From Felis catus (Eukaryota), in assembly GCF_018350175.1 (NCBI RefSeq), contig NC_058370.1, positions 744,001 to 808,000 of the forward strand: a stretch of 64,000 nucleotides of DNA, written 5' to 3'. The notes below the pieces were generated by a model. It was not told the DNA's origin and made no database searches. It was given only the letters and a program-made list of their open reading frames with translations. Below are positions 32,249 to 44,814 of the stretch, in pieces. Within the stretch, counting starts at the first letter, position 1, and the number at the start of each line of letters is the position of its first letter. The position numbers and the translations under genes are program-made.

Positions 32249-33934
32249 AAGGGACACCCCTCTGGTGCTGCCTCTGAGGCCACGAGGCCCTGTGAAGGGG
32301 GGCCCGGGTGCCGCCCTGGACCTCAGATCAAGGGTACGGGCAGACGAAGGTGTGGACGAGTTCGCAGGACCGGGCTGAACGCTTGGGGGACGGAGATCCT
32401 CCAGCCAGGGGCCCACCCTGCCCCGGGGCTGGGGGAAGCAGTCCCCTTGAAGTCGGGGGGCTGAGGCTGCCCATTCCTCCTGTCTGCTCCTCAAAGACAC
32501 CAGCTCCTGGAAAGTGCCGGGACTCTCCACAGCCAGCTCTAACCCTCCAGGAGCCTGGCCACTCTTCTTTCCAAAGGGAGTGGACCTGTCCCTGGTCCTG
32601 ACTCAAAGCCCATCAGCTGTCAGGACCAGGGCGCAGCTCCCCCAGGTGGGACATGAGGAGGGGCCTGGATTTTGGGCGGGCTCACCCTGGGTCACCTGGC
32701 CTGTGGGCAGCTCCTGATATGGGGCGACATGGCCTTCTCAGTACTCTGTGAAAACGGGCTATTTGCTGGTGGGGCACTGCGGTCTGCTACCCAGGGCCGT
32801 GGCCATCAGCAGCCGCCACCAGGAGTCCTGAGGGCCTCATCTGGACGCTGTAGCCAGGAGACTGGGCACCTGCCCCCACCCTGGGTCCGTGTGAGGTGGG
32901 AATGAAGGCCTCCCCTACAGGCCTCAGCACGGACTACTGGCTTTGGGAGCACAGGGGGCCTGGGTAAGACTGCACCGACCCTGCAGCCTGCCTTGACACG
33001 ATGAGGGCAGACACGACAGCGGCCCTTGAGGGCCATCAGCTACACGGGATGCCCTGGATTGGACTGAACCGTTTCTAGCACAGAGTGGGGGCAGAGTGGC
33101 CAAAGAGGAGGCTGGGCTCCCTCAGTGGCCCGTGGGGCCCCTAACTTCATACCAAGCCCCCATTCACGCCCTCCCTAAGCTGCCCCCTCCTGCCCAACAG
33201 ACCCGGGCCAATCTCTGCTGGCCACTGAAGGTGTGTGGACACACAGTCCACCAATCACGCCCGCCCATGGAGGCTGGCGGAGGACGACACAGCCACACCC
33301 TCCCAAGGCTGGAGTTCGTCTAGAGCCGGGTCACCAGCGGTGGGAAGGTCCCTTGGGAACGCCCCCGTACCACTTACGACTCAGTCTTAATTTTGGGTCC
33401 CTGCCCCCAGAGTTGGGGGACCCTACCCAGAGCGCGTCCTGCAACAGGCTAGAAGAGACAACACCCTCACAGGAAGGCTCCGGGAGATAGTCCGGCCCCG
33501 TGAGCCGCACACCAGTTGGGACAGCTCTGGTACCGGCCCCTCACTGCCCTCCAGGGTGTCAAGGGCAGGGGCCCTTGCCAAGGTCCTTCCAGGGGCACCA
33601 GGTCCCTCCAGCTGACGGCCCCTAAACCCACAAGCAGAGGCCCAGGACTCCAGTGGCTGCCCCGGAGCTTCTTGTCCAACCTCTGAACTGCCTGCTCTTC
33701 CAGGCCCCCCACCCCTTCTCAGGTGCCAAGGCTCCACACTCGCTGTGGTGGCTTGCCGCTGTGAACCTGGGCCAGACCCAAGAGGTGGCTCCCCAATGAG
33801 GGAACCCAGGAAGGCCCAGGGAACAGGGCCAACTCTCCATCTCTGCCAGGAAGTGAGGTTGAGAAACATCAGCTTCTCCCACGGGCCCCAGGGGCACATG
33901 GTCACACACACCATCAGGGCTACTGGCTGCTCGG

Positions 33935-33940
33935 TTTATT
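33935..33940 (-). terminator. PPDPF polyadenylation signal AATAAA
   Basis: TTTATT on +, about 300 nt beyond the PPDPF stop. Confidence 0.8.
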
Positions 33941-34095
33941 TTCCACTTGGTGCAAGGCACACGGTTACAGGGTGTAGGGAAGGCTTGCGTGTGGCTTGGA
34001 TAGTAAAGAGTGGGGTTCTCTCGACTTCCTTTTTGGTGTTTTGTTATTTTGATATAAAAGAACCCAAGTGCTTCTGCCGCAGCCCGCCTAGTCTA

Positions 34096-34190
34096 TGGGG
34101 GGGGGGGAGGAGGGAGGGGAAGAGGGGAGGGGAGGGGAGGAGGGGAGGAGGGGAGGGGAGGAGAGAGGGGAAGGGGGGGAGGGCAGGGGA
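34096..34190. repeat. (GGGGA)n purine-rich low-complexity tract, read as a C-rich tract in the PPDPF 3' UTR
   Basis: GGGGGGAGGAGGGAGGGGAAGAGGGGAGGGGAGG... Confidence 0.85.
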
Positions 34191-34236
34191 CCGGCTCTGA
34201 TGAGCCTAGCGCCTCCTGCAGCCTGGCACGGGCCAC

Positions 34237-34924
34237 TCAGGACTGGGGCCTGGTGTTGGCTTTGCCAGGCTGGCCACCAGGCTGCTTCCTCATGGTTTCC
34301 AGAGCCAGGTCGCAGGCGATGGAGCCGCTGGACGCCTGGGGAGATTCCGAGCTGGGGGAGAGCTTGGGGTCAGGGGGGGTTCCACCTGCCCCCACCTCCC
34401 ATGCTGGCCCCCAGGAATGTGGACTCACCGCTCTGGGGACTCCAACACTGTAGCCATGAACGGGAGAGTGGACTTCCCGAAAAAGAAGCTTGCCCACCAG
34501 TGACCTGGGTCAGCCTTGGGGAGACCTGAGACAGGCAAAGTAGGATGGTGGTGCCCCTGCCTACTCCTGGTGGGATCCCTCCAGATAGTGCCGCCCACCG
34601 AAGGGGAGTGGCCCTGCGCTCACCGGGGTGGTGAGGGATGGCTTCCCCAGGATACTCCGCACTTCCGCAGGAGCTGTTACTGGAAGTGGAACCCAGGCGG
34701 CCTGGAGAAGAGAGGCCTGGTCAGCTCTGCAGGGCACCGAGTCCCCTGCCCTGTCCACCAGGCCAAGCGCTGGCTTTGCTGGCAGCACAGCGGCAGAGCC
34801 AGCGCTTCTAGCGGCCCACCCCCCGCCCCGACGGGACCTGTAGGGCAGAGGACGAGGGGGCTGACTTACGCCGGTAATAGTCGTGGGTGGCCACGAGCGA
34901 GCCGCTGGAGGGGATGGCTGCCAT
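34237..34924 (-). CDS. PPDPF: Pancreatic progenitor cell differentiation and proliferation factor, 114 aa
   Basis: Coding exons (minus) 34924-34870, 34701-34624, 34525-34429, 34351-34237, totalling 345 nt. Translation: MAAIPSSGSLVATHDYYRRRLGSTSSNSSCGSAEYPGEAIPHHPGLPKADPGHWWASFFFGKSTLPFMATVLESPERSESPQASSGSIACDLALETMRKQPGGQPGKANTRPQS. All introns GT-AG. The exon 2 acceptor puts the exon start at 34951; non-coding exon 1 is about 35370-35495. Confidence 0.95.
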
Positions 34925-35489
34925 GCTGTCGCTTCTATGGCCGGTGGAAGCCTGCGCACACAGGGGTCGGGGAGCCCCCCTGGTCACCCGCCGGCCCTCG
35001 GGAGGGGCGTTCCCCACTCGGGTACCCGCCCCCACCCAGACTCCGGAGTCCGCCACGCTGAGTTTATTTCCCGAGCGGAGGCGGAGCCCGAGCCCGGAAC
35101 TCCCGGCCGCCTTCATCGCGCAGGGCGCGGGCGGCTCCAACCGGCCCGAACCGGCCGCGCGGGAGCAACAAAGGCGCTTTGTGCGCGGGGCCGCGGGCCC
35201 GGGGTTCCGGGCACCTGCCCAGCCCGCCCGTCCCGTCCGGCCTTAGCCCAGCCCGCGCCCCCGGCCGTCCGGCCTTCCGTCCGCCAGTCTGTCTGTGCCG
35301 CCAGCCGTGGCGCACGGGGGCGCCCCTTCGGATCGCTCGATCCCACTCACGCGCCGCCCGGGTCCTCACCTAGGCGGCGACCCCTCGCGGGCCTCGGCGC
35401 GCGATCACGGGTGGCGGGGACGGGGACGCTAGGCCACGGAGCCCATTTGCAGACGAGACCGCCTAAGGCCGCTCCACGACCGAAGCGCG

Positions 35490-35720
35490 CGCGGAGTGCG
35501 CACGCGCGGCCGCGCCCGCTTATATAGCGGCTCCGCGCTCGCGTCACGGGGGCGAGGCCAGGCGAGGCCCCGCCCTGAGACTGGCCCCGCCCCACTCGTC
35601 CAAGACACACCCCCACTCCCGACCCCCGCCTCTGCGAGGCCCCGCCCCGAGCTCGGCCCCGGGCCGCTCCAGTCCCATTGGGCCCCGCCCCTGGGTCCGT
35701 CCGAACCCCGCCCTTAGTGG
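35490..35720 (-). promoter_or_regulatory. PPDPF promoter in CpG island
   Basis: TATATAA (35520-35526, minus), NRF1-like TGCGCACGCGC (about 35497-35507), CRE half-site (CGTCA about 35543), several CCCCGCCC boxes and a CCAAT (about 35676-35680, minus). Confidence 0.8.
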
Positions 35721-38700
35721 CCTGGCTCCCGCAGGCTGGCCAGGGTGCAAGTGCCGACCTGCGGCATCGGTCCGGTCTGGGGCCACCTGGGAAGCCCGTC
35801 TCGGCCTGGCCTGGAATTGGGATGGTTAAATGACCTCCCTACCCCGTCCCGGAGCAGTGCCTGTCCGGCCACCTCCCCTGTCCTAAAGAGACCCTCTCTC
35901 CTGTCTCAGAGCAAGGCTTGTCCACCCTTCCTGAAACCCGGGGACCCCAGGTGGTCCAACCTGTCTCGGCCTCTCCAGCCCTTCAGAGGCGGTGGGGGCG
36001 CTGGACGTGGCCACGCAGGCCCAGCCCCTGCGGTGCCTTTCTCCTTCAGCCTTCTCCACTGGGGACAGAGCCAGTCCCACTGTCACCCAGGACAGACTGG
36101 GGCCTCTGCTCTGCGTGCCCAGCCCTCCAACCAGATGTGGGTCCCCAGCAGCTCCCTTCTCTGCCTCCGTGGGCTCGGGGTGGTGCCTGGAGCCCTCCAG
36201 CTGGGCTGTGGCAGACAAGGCCCTTCCGGGGTGTCCCTCTCCCAGTTCTGGTGGCTCTGGGACCCACACCCCAGGCCTCCAGCTTCAGCCAGCATCCCCC
36301 TGCTTGTGAGCACAGCTTGCAGGGGAGGGTGGGGGTGGGAGGGCAGCGGGCCAGGGAGGGGGCCTCATTTGAATGAGTGGAGGTAAAGAACTGCCATCTG
36401 GGGATGTCTCCCCCAGCGGGAAACAGAGGCCCCCTGTTTGGGGCAACCACAGAATGTTCCCTGAAGTGTCTGGGGCCTTGCCACACCCCGGTTGGTCAAC
36501 CAGGACGACAACTTCCTTTTCTGTTGTGGAAATCAGCCCTCCCCCCAGCCCCTCAGCTCCTTGTCAAAGGCCCCGAGCCCCAACCTCCCTCTGCAGGGAG
36601 AGGCAAACTTGGCTTTTTGCATTCTAGGCCCTGGCTGGGTGTCTCTTCCCTGATGGTTGGGAGGGTCTTGAGAAGTCCCTGCGGGCATCAGGGAGAAGCC
36701 AGGGAGATCTCATAATGCCTTCTGCCAGGCCCTCCCCATCTTCAGACCCCGGCAAGGACCCCTCCAGGATTCCTGGACCTCAGTCCAACTTCTCACCCAG
36801 CAGACAGGAAGTCAAGGCCTCAGGAGGGGAGGGACCTGGCAGCCCCTGGACGTGACCCTTTATCTGGCTGGGTGGGGGGTCGAGGCTTCGGACATTCTGA
36901 CCAGGACCTGGCTTGGGCAGTGGTGTGGCCCAGGGCACTGTAAGAGGAGCTCAGTCTGGTTAATGCCCACTCCTTGTCCACCTTCACCCTCTCTTCCCCG
37001 TGGGCGAGTCCCCTGCTGGCAGTTCCGGGGGGGGGGCTCTCACGCAGGGGGTCAACCAGGCCACACGCATGGAGGAGACAGCCTGGCCCCCGCCAGCTCG
37101 CTGTCATTTCACCACAACCCCAAGCCGCCTTCACAGCCGACGACCTTCCCCTCTCGTCGACTCCCGCTGTCTCCAGTTTCCTGTCCCTGCGTCAGGCTGA
37201 TTCTGGATCATAAACTAGGTGTGACTTGGTGCGAATCACATTTAATTGTTAAAGGACATTTGTCATCCTCTACCTCACCCTCACACTCACCACACCTCGA
37301 GCCCCTCCGTCAGGTTAGTGGGTCAGTGGCTGTCTGGGGTCCGTGCTGGGGTGCCGCCATGGGCTTCAGTGCCAGCCCCTGATGCTGGCCTGGAATGGGC
37401 CAGGCCCATGTGCACCCCCCCCAACTCACGGGGTGCCTGTGCCTTTGCCTGACTCTTCCTCCCCTGAGAAGCACCGGACGCCCCTCCCAAGCTAGGGGCA
37501 GCTCCTAGGAGGCTTGGAGCATGACTGGATTTGGTGTTTTGTGGTCCACAAAGGTGGCTGGGGTGGCTGGGTGCCAGCTCTGTGCTGGGTGCTGTGGGGG
37601 AAACCGAGGCCAATAGCACCTGCACTCACTGCACAGTAAAGACACAGAGAGCGAGGCAGGGATGCTCGGGAGGGGTTTCTCATGCCCCCAAGAACACAGA
37701 GGTGGGCCTGACTCAGACCTTGCACCGTTCTGGTACTCAGTACATGGGTTTGTTGAATATCTACTATGAGCAAATGGCTGAGCCGGACAGGAGTGGAAAG
37801 GCCAGTCCAGAGTGCAGGGGGACCCAATGCGGTGAGGCAAGACAGCAGAGGGGGTGTCAGGTTTAAGCTGAGATCTGAGGAAGGTGGAGATGGGGGGAGG
37901 GACCGGCAGGGACACCCTGAGACCCAGCTCTCAGTGCTGCCGGGCAAGAGCAGGGAGGCTGGTAGACCCTGGGATGGGGAGGGGCCAGGTCGGCCCACTG
38001 GGGCCACTGAGGGTCACTCGTAAGGCAGATTGGTCAATGTACTGACCAGGAGGGAGCAACGTTCTAGTAAGACCCACAGACCTGTGGTCTGTGGCTGAGT
38101 GTGTGACTGTCTTGTGGTATGTCTCACACACGCCTCCAACAGGACTGTGGTTTCAGGGCTTGAGGACCTTGGACAGCGTTTATGGCCAGAAAATGGGGTC
38201 GGGGCTTGGAGGTCAGGCCACAGTCTCTGAAGCAGTGGGGTGTCTGTTCTGAATCCTGGGCATGGTGGTCACTCAAAAGGGGCGCAGCTGGGGTTGGGGG
38301 GTGGCAAAGGCTGATGCTACTCGGGGGGGGGCCTGGGTGGGTCAAAGAGAGTGTCCTGGGGGTGGGGAGACACCAGTGTGAGCAGGAGGAGGACAGGCTG
38401 GGATCCCTGGGGCAGACCCATCCTGTGGGGGGGGGGGGGGCGGGTTCTGAGCGGAGACAGCTGGGATTGGGGGCCACCTGGAAGGATGGGGCCAGCTTGG
38501 GGCTCCCAGGGACAGAAGGGCTGCCCAGCCTCTGCTGGGAGGGGCTTGGTGCTGGAGGCCGGTGTTGACGTTGCTTTCCCGGCTGAGGCTCGTCTGTCTG
38601 TTCTTCCAGAGAGTACTGGAAGCCTACTGTGTGCCTGGCAGTGCAAGGCCTGTGTGTGCAGAGCTGGATGAGTGGGAGCCCCTGCTCTCCCAGGGCTCAG

Positions 38701-41559
38701 TCCCAGGCTCAGTCCCCAGAGCTTGAGAACGTGCTGTCACAGCCCCCAGGGCAGGGAGGTACACAGGCCCTGGACCCAAAACCCCTCGCACACTGGGCTC
38801 AAGGTGCGTGGAGGTTGAAGCTATGTCCTGCCTCCTGGTGGGGAGCAGCGGGCGAGGCGTCCTTCTGCCTCCCCCCAAGTGGGCACACCAGGCACGGCCC
38901 TGCAGGCTGGGCAGTCCTTCCCTGAGGCCTCAAAGCTCCTCCTTCAGCTGTGCTCACAACAGTGAGGGCCCTGACGCAGCTGCTCCCCAGGGACCCAGGC
39001 CTGTGCCTCTTGGGGGCTTCTCGGGTCTTCTTAGGCCCGGACATCTGGGGCAGAGGGTTCTGGGAGAAGTGTAGAGGGGCCAGGCAGTTGGGGTCCTGAC
39101 CCCCCTCCTGCAGAACCTCCAACCCCAGGCACGGCTGCCTCCATCGCATGGACAGAAGCTTCAGACTCTCACAGGAGAGACCCGGAGTGGTCAGGCCGGC
39201 CTCTGTGGCTTGGAGCTGTGACTTCTTGACATTTTGTCCCTCTTTCACATGTGAGCACCGGTTCTATGACTTTTCTATGACTTGGTGCTTTTCACTTCAA
39301 TTTGACTAGATTTGCTTCCGTTCACACTGACCCTCTAGCTCCAGCCAGCCAGGCCCTTCCTCAGGCCACATGACGCCCCACCCTGGCTGGGTGCAGACAT
39401 GTGCTGGGTGTGGATGCCAGGCAGAGCCTGTGAACCCCCCTCTAGGGCTGAGGGCAAAGCCAGCCATGCCCAAGAGTCACTTACCTCAGGGTCGGGGACC
39501 CTGTCTGGGGGCCTGGGCAGGCGGGGCACTTGGCCGCCACCTGGCTGTGGTCACCTCCCCTCTGGGGCCCCCCCTTGTAGAAGTGTCATAGGCCAGGCTC
39601 TCGGGAACAGAAGCGAGATGGAGACTGAGAGGCAGGGCGCATGTTGGGTGGGGGGCCGTGGGGCCAGTGGGGGTCCTTGGCGTGAGAAGGGACAGTCAGG
39701 GGTAACCTGCATTGGCCCCCACCCCACTCAGACCAGCCTGGGGAGGAGTCCTGAGGCGAGGCGGCTCTGTGGCCTGTGACGGAGGCCAGCCCTGCGGGAG
39801 CTGTCAGCAGGGACTGTGTGCTGACCACCCCAGCCGCGCAGCGAGGCCTTCCCTGGAGGAGTGTGTCTCCCGTCTCCCCAGGCCACCCTCCAGCTGTCCG
39901 CTGGGCCAGCTGACACATCCCCAGCCTCACCGGCATCTTCAAGAACAGAAAATCTGAAAGGAGGCGTTTTTTTTTTTTTTTCTTTAAAGTGTAAACAGAA
40001 AAGCTACATTTACTGAGCCAGGAGGGTGGAGGCTCTGCCAGTCCCCCCACTTACTAAGTGTCAGGGACCCAGAAGGGGGCTTGTGGGACAACCTGGTTAC
40101 AGTGGGGACCCATCGCCACTGGTGCTTCCCCAGCCCGTGTGCGGACTGCGTGGCGTGGCCTGAGGTGGGCGATGCTCCTGTCTGGTGTCCACCGAGGCAC
40201 CGAGAGGAGGAGTCAGGGCCGCTGTCCTGCCGGCCGGCCCCCAGGTGTGGCTCCAACATGGGGGGGGCATCCCCAGCTCTGGGGCCATGAGGCCTGGGGT
40301 CGAATCTGCCTCCACCTGCTGCTGGCAGCAGGACCCCCCACCCAGCCAGCCGCTCAGTATCTGGGCCGGGCGGCCGAGCTTGGACAGGTCAGCCCTTCCC
40401 TTCCGCTGGCTCTGCGGGGAGTGTGGCCATGTGCCTGGAGGGTGATCGCGTGCTCAGGGTGCACAGGGCTGGGTTCTGTGTCGGGAAACACCCGAGCCTC
40501 CAGCCACTGGGGAAACGGTGACAGAATAATCATTCAGTGGGGCAGAGATGTGCGTGCTGCCTCGGGCTGGTCGCACAAGGTGGGCGGACATCTCTGCTGA
40601 ACACCAAGTGGCCGTCCCTCTCGCGGCCACAGGCTCCCGCAGGGTGGCAGGGAAAGGCTCAGGCCCCGGGGGTTGCTGGGACTGGGGCTCGAGTCCCAAC
40701 TGTGTCACAGCCGCGTGACATCTGGAGCCTCCACTCCCTTCTGGGGAGATGAGAGGTCAGGGTAACGACCGTGCGGTCCTAACAGGTGTTCCGTGGTGAC
40801 GGGCTGGGAGAGGCAAGGCTCACAGCAGCCCCTCATAGCCGGGCACTGTGGCTGTGCGAGCGTGTGGATTGTCACCCTGGCCGCAGGTGTTTGCCCTGAG
40901 GTGAGACCTGTGCCGAAGCCAGAGGCCAGGGCTGGGGCCCTCAGGGCTCAGCCTACTCCTGGGGAATGAGGGTCCCCCCGGGAGCCCAGCAGCCCAGCCC
41001 CAGCCCCTGGTGCCCCAGGCAGCAGCTTCTGCAGGCTTCTCCAGCACACGCACTGGCACCTCTGTAGGTGGAGTCACCATTTGCAGAAGAAAATAAAACA
41101 GCTGACTGATCTTTGGCGAACGATGTGGGGGCACTTTGTGTGGCCGGACGATGTCCTCGGGGGCCGCAAGCCCCACGCTGTTCCCGTTTCCCTACCTGTA
41201 AGGTGTAAACGCTTAGACCAGCACTGAGCACGTAGTGCTGAAAGTTAGACATGATCTTTGTTAACAGTGCTTTTCACTGCTGGGAATAGCCTAATTTGTT
41301 TACTTGTTGGTTAAACAAAATCTACAGGAAGAGAGTTTGTGTCCGTCGTGCGCCCAATGGCTAAGAAAGAATCGGCCATGTAGTAGACATTCAATAAATA
41401 CAGTTGATGAAAGGATGAATTGAGTAATGAAAGACCTTACAGATTTCGGGCGTGAAGGGGTGAGGAGGTCAACAAATGTTCTCCCCAGATTGCGACTATA
41501 CACCTGGAAAAAACTGTCAGAAACAACCGTTTTAGTGCTCAAGGCACACGACAAGCTGA

Positions 41560-42700
41560 AAAGAGTTCATTCATCAAGAATTCTGAGTTTCAGGACAAAA
41601 CCCAAAATTACTTGGCATAAAAGCCCCAGGAAAATCTCACCTGGTGTGGGAAACAATAAACAGGCCTGGGAGGCCCAGACGCTGGATGATCGGACTCAGG
41701 CTCGAAAGCACCTGTTACCAGCAACTGGGAGCATTCATACCGTGTGCTGGGGACCCAGCCTCCGTCCATGACGACAGCTCAGAAACGAGGATCAGAAAGG
41801 TTTTCAATCTAATACAGAGCACTGGCGAAGAACTCATGCCAAGTACGTTCAGCATTGTGCACGTTGGAGAAGGTCTGCACCCCCCGTCCAGGACTGGGAT
41901 GAGGCAAGGACGTCCACTCTCGCTACAACTCCTCCACACCTCCTGGGAGTCTTGGTCGGTACGATGAGGCGAGGAAAAGAAACACAAAGCCTATGGGTCG
42001 AGACTGAGAAATACAACTATCCCTGCTCACCGACAACATGATGCTCTGTGGTCACGGAAAGTACGCCAAGCGGATAGAGCAAACGTGACCGGCATGAGGC
42101 AGTGTCAGCCATATTGTGACACGCTAGCAATTTACAACTGGAAGCAGACATTTTTTTATTTTTATTTTTTTTAAGTTTATTAACCCATTTTGAGAGAGAG
42201 AGAGAGAGAGAGAGAGAGCGTGTGTGTGAGTGGCGGAGGGGCAGAGAGAGGGAGAGAGAATCCCAAGCAGGCTCCATGCTCTCAGGGCAGAGCCTGATGC
42301 GGGGCTCAATCCCATGACCCTAGGATCATGACCTGGGCCAAAATCAGGAGCCTGACACTCAACTGACTGAGCCATCCAGGCGCCCCCCAAACATACCATT
42401 TTTCAGTTACCCTCTGTCCGTGAAGCACTTACGTATAAACCTAGCAAGACGTGTGTGCCCAAGGCGAAATGCCAAAGGAAGATGTCAAGCCAGACCTAAG
42501 TAAACGGAGACTCAACACAGCGAAGACCAGCTTCCTCCAAACTGATACACAGACTTAGGGCAATGCAAGTCAAGTCCCTGCGAGATCAGTGAAAACAGAC
42601 AAGCAGGTCCTAGAATTGGTGTGAAAAGACAAATAAGCTACAGTAACCGAAACATGTTTGAAGCCTAAGAACAAGGAACGATCGCGGTACCCAGATCCTT
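41560..42700 (+). mobile_element. Degenerate L1M ORF2 fragment (interrupted by a SINE)
   Basis: L1-like segments GGATGAGGCAAGGACGTCCACTCTCGC, AGACCTAAGTAAACGGAGA and CTGATACACAGACTTAGGGCAATG; A-rich; no intact ORF. Confidence 0.6.
42150..42388 (-). mobile_element. CanSINE
   Basis: T-tail, (GA)n, GAATCCCAAGCAGGCTCC...CTGAGCCATCCAGGCGCCCC. Confidence 0.9.
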
Positions 42701-43802
42701 TCATGGAGGGTAAGTTCTAAGTTCCCAGAACATGGACGTCACCGTTTTAGAGCGCGCATTTTCGCACATTCGCAATGTTGTGCAGCCATCACCTCTGTCT
42801 AGTTCCAAAGCATTTTCATCTCCCCAGAAGGAAACCTTGTGCCCACCAAGCAGTCCCTCCCCCAGCCCCGGGAACCACCAATCTGTGTCTGTCTCCGTGG
42901 AATCAGTGTCTGGCTTCTTTCCGTCAGCCTAGTGCTGTCCAGGTTCATCCACACTGCAGCACGGATCAGTACTTTCTTTCCTCAAAACAACGTCTATTGT
43001 GGTAAAATACGCGGAACAACATTTACCACCTCAGCCGTTTTCAGTGTGCGGTTCAGTGGCGTTAAATGTACTCCCAATGTTGTGCGGCCTCAGAGCCACC
43101 TGCATCCGCGGTGGATTCATCCGCTGAAGCTGCGACTCTGTCCCCACTGACCCCGGTCCCGTGTCCTGTCTCCCGGTGGCCACCTCTCGGCCCTTTGTTC
43201 CCAGGACTTTGGTGTCGGCGTCTCCTGTCTGGCTGTGACGGGGGCTCCCTCCCGTCTTTATTTCCTCTGGTTTAACTTGTTCTCCTCCTCCTAGTTCCCT
43301 AAGTCTGAACGTTACATTGTTGACATGAGACCTTTCTTGTGTTTTCACGTGTGTTTATCGCCATAAATGTCCTCCTTCCGGTATTTTAGCCGAGTCTCTT
43401 GTGTTCTGATACCTTATGTTTTCCTTTTCTTTCCTCTCCGAGTATCTTCGGAGTTTCCTAGTGGTTTCTTCTTCCGGAGTGTGTTGTTTAGTTTCTACAA
43501 ACCTGTAGGTTTTCTACTTCATCCTATTGTGGTTCAAGGAGCTATTTTGTGGATCTATCTTTTAAAATCCAGCAAGATGCAGCCTGGGGCCTGTCGTCGG
43601 CTCTCTGCTGGAGACCGTGCTGCTGATGCGTGCTGTGTGTGTGTGTCTTAGACCTGCTTGGTTCATCATGTTAAGTCCTGTTTCCTTACCTTCCATCTGA
43701 TTGTTTGCTCGTTATGGACAGTGGGGTACCGATGTCTCCAACAATTGTTGTAGGAATGCCTGTTTCTCCCTTCAGTTATGTCAGTTTGGGTTCATGTATT
43801 TT

Positions 43803-44033
43803 TTTTTTTAAGTACAAGATCTTTTTTTTTTAACGTTTATTTATTTTTGAGACAGAGAGAGACAGAGCATGAATGAGAGAGGGTCAGAGAGGGGGAGACA
43901 CAGAATCTGAAACAGGCTCCAGGCTCTGAGCTGTCAGCACAGAGCCCGACGCGGGGCTCGAACTCACGGACCGCGAGATCATGACCTGAGCCGAAGCTCG
44001 TCCGCTCAACCGACTGAGCCATCCAGGCGCCCC
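43803..44033 (-). mobile_element. CanSINE (feliform type) with 16-bp target-site duplication
   Basis: Full head GGGGCGCCTGGATGGCTCAGTCGG; TSD TGGGTTCATGTATTTT at 43787-43802 and 44034-44049. Confidence 0.93.
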
Positions 44034-44162
44034 TGGGTTCATGTATTTTGATGATCTGTTATATAGGTTCACAGTGCCTAATAATGTTCAGTATCTTTTC
44101 GTGTGCCCATCGACCATCTGCAGATCTCCTTTGGATAAATGTATATTCATATACCTTGCCCA

Positions 44163-44187
44163 TTTTTTTAAAGTTTATTTATTTATT

Positions 44188-44222
<35 letters not shown>

Positions 44223-44390
44223 ATGTGAGCAGGGGAGGGGCAGAGAGAGAGGGAGACACAGAATCCGAAGCAGGCTCCAGGCTCTGAGCTGTCAGCACGG
44301 AGCCCGACGCGGGGCTCGGACTCAACAACCATGAGATGGTGACCTGAGCTAAAGAGGGACACTTGACCGACTGAGCCACCCAGGTGCCCC
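44163..44390 (-). mobile_element. CanSINE
   Basis: T-tail, (GA)n, GAATCCGAAGCAGGCTCCAGGCTCTGAGCTGTCAGC...GAGCCACCCAGGTGCCCC. Confidence 0.92.
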
Positions 44391-44814
44391 TCCCCTGCCA
44401 CCCATTTTTAAATTGAGTTGTAAGAGTTCCTTATATATTCCAGACACTGGACCCTTATCCAACATGATCTGTAAATATTTTCTCCCATTCTGTAGGTTGC
44501 ATTTTCACCGTCTTCATAGTGTCCTTTTTTTGCACAGAAGCTAAACATTTTCAAGTCCGGTTTACTTATTGTTTCTTTTGTTGCCCATGTATTTGGTGCC
44601 ACATCTTAGAAACCACTGCCAAATCCAAGGTCATGAAGATTTCCACCTGCGTTTTCTTCTAACAGTTTTATAGTTTTATCGGGCTTTTGATCCATTTTGA
44701 ATTCATTTTTGTATATGGCACGAGGTAGGGCTCCAAATTCATTCTTTCGTGTGTATTTATCCAGTTATCACAGCGCTACTTGTTGAAGAGACCATGCTTT
44801 CCACACGCTGCCTG

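Larger units (their letters stand above)
42720..44810 (-). mobile_element. Nested antisense old L1 fragments (3' UTR and ORF2 pieces), interrupted by two SINEs
   Basis: CACATTCGCAATGTTGTGCAGCCATCACCTCTGTCTAGTTCCAAAGCATTTTCATC; GTAAATATTTTCTCCCATTCTGTAGGTTG; CCAAATCCAAGGTCATGAAGATTT; TTCATTTTTGTATATGG. Confidence 0.7.

Noticed and set aside
38300-41250. Possible unannotated gene between PPDPF and the repeat block (ORFs 38799-39248 and 40820-41176)
   Set aside because: No recognisable homology, consistent exon chain or promoter, although a lncRNA cannot be excluded without expression data.
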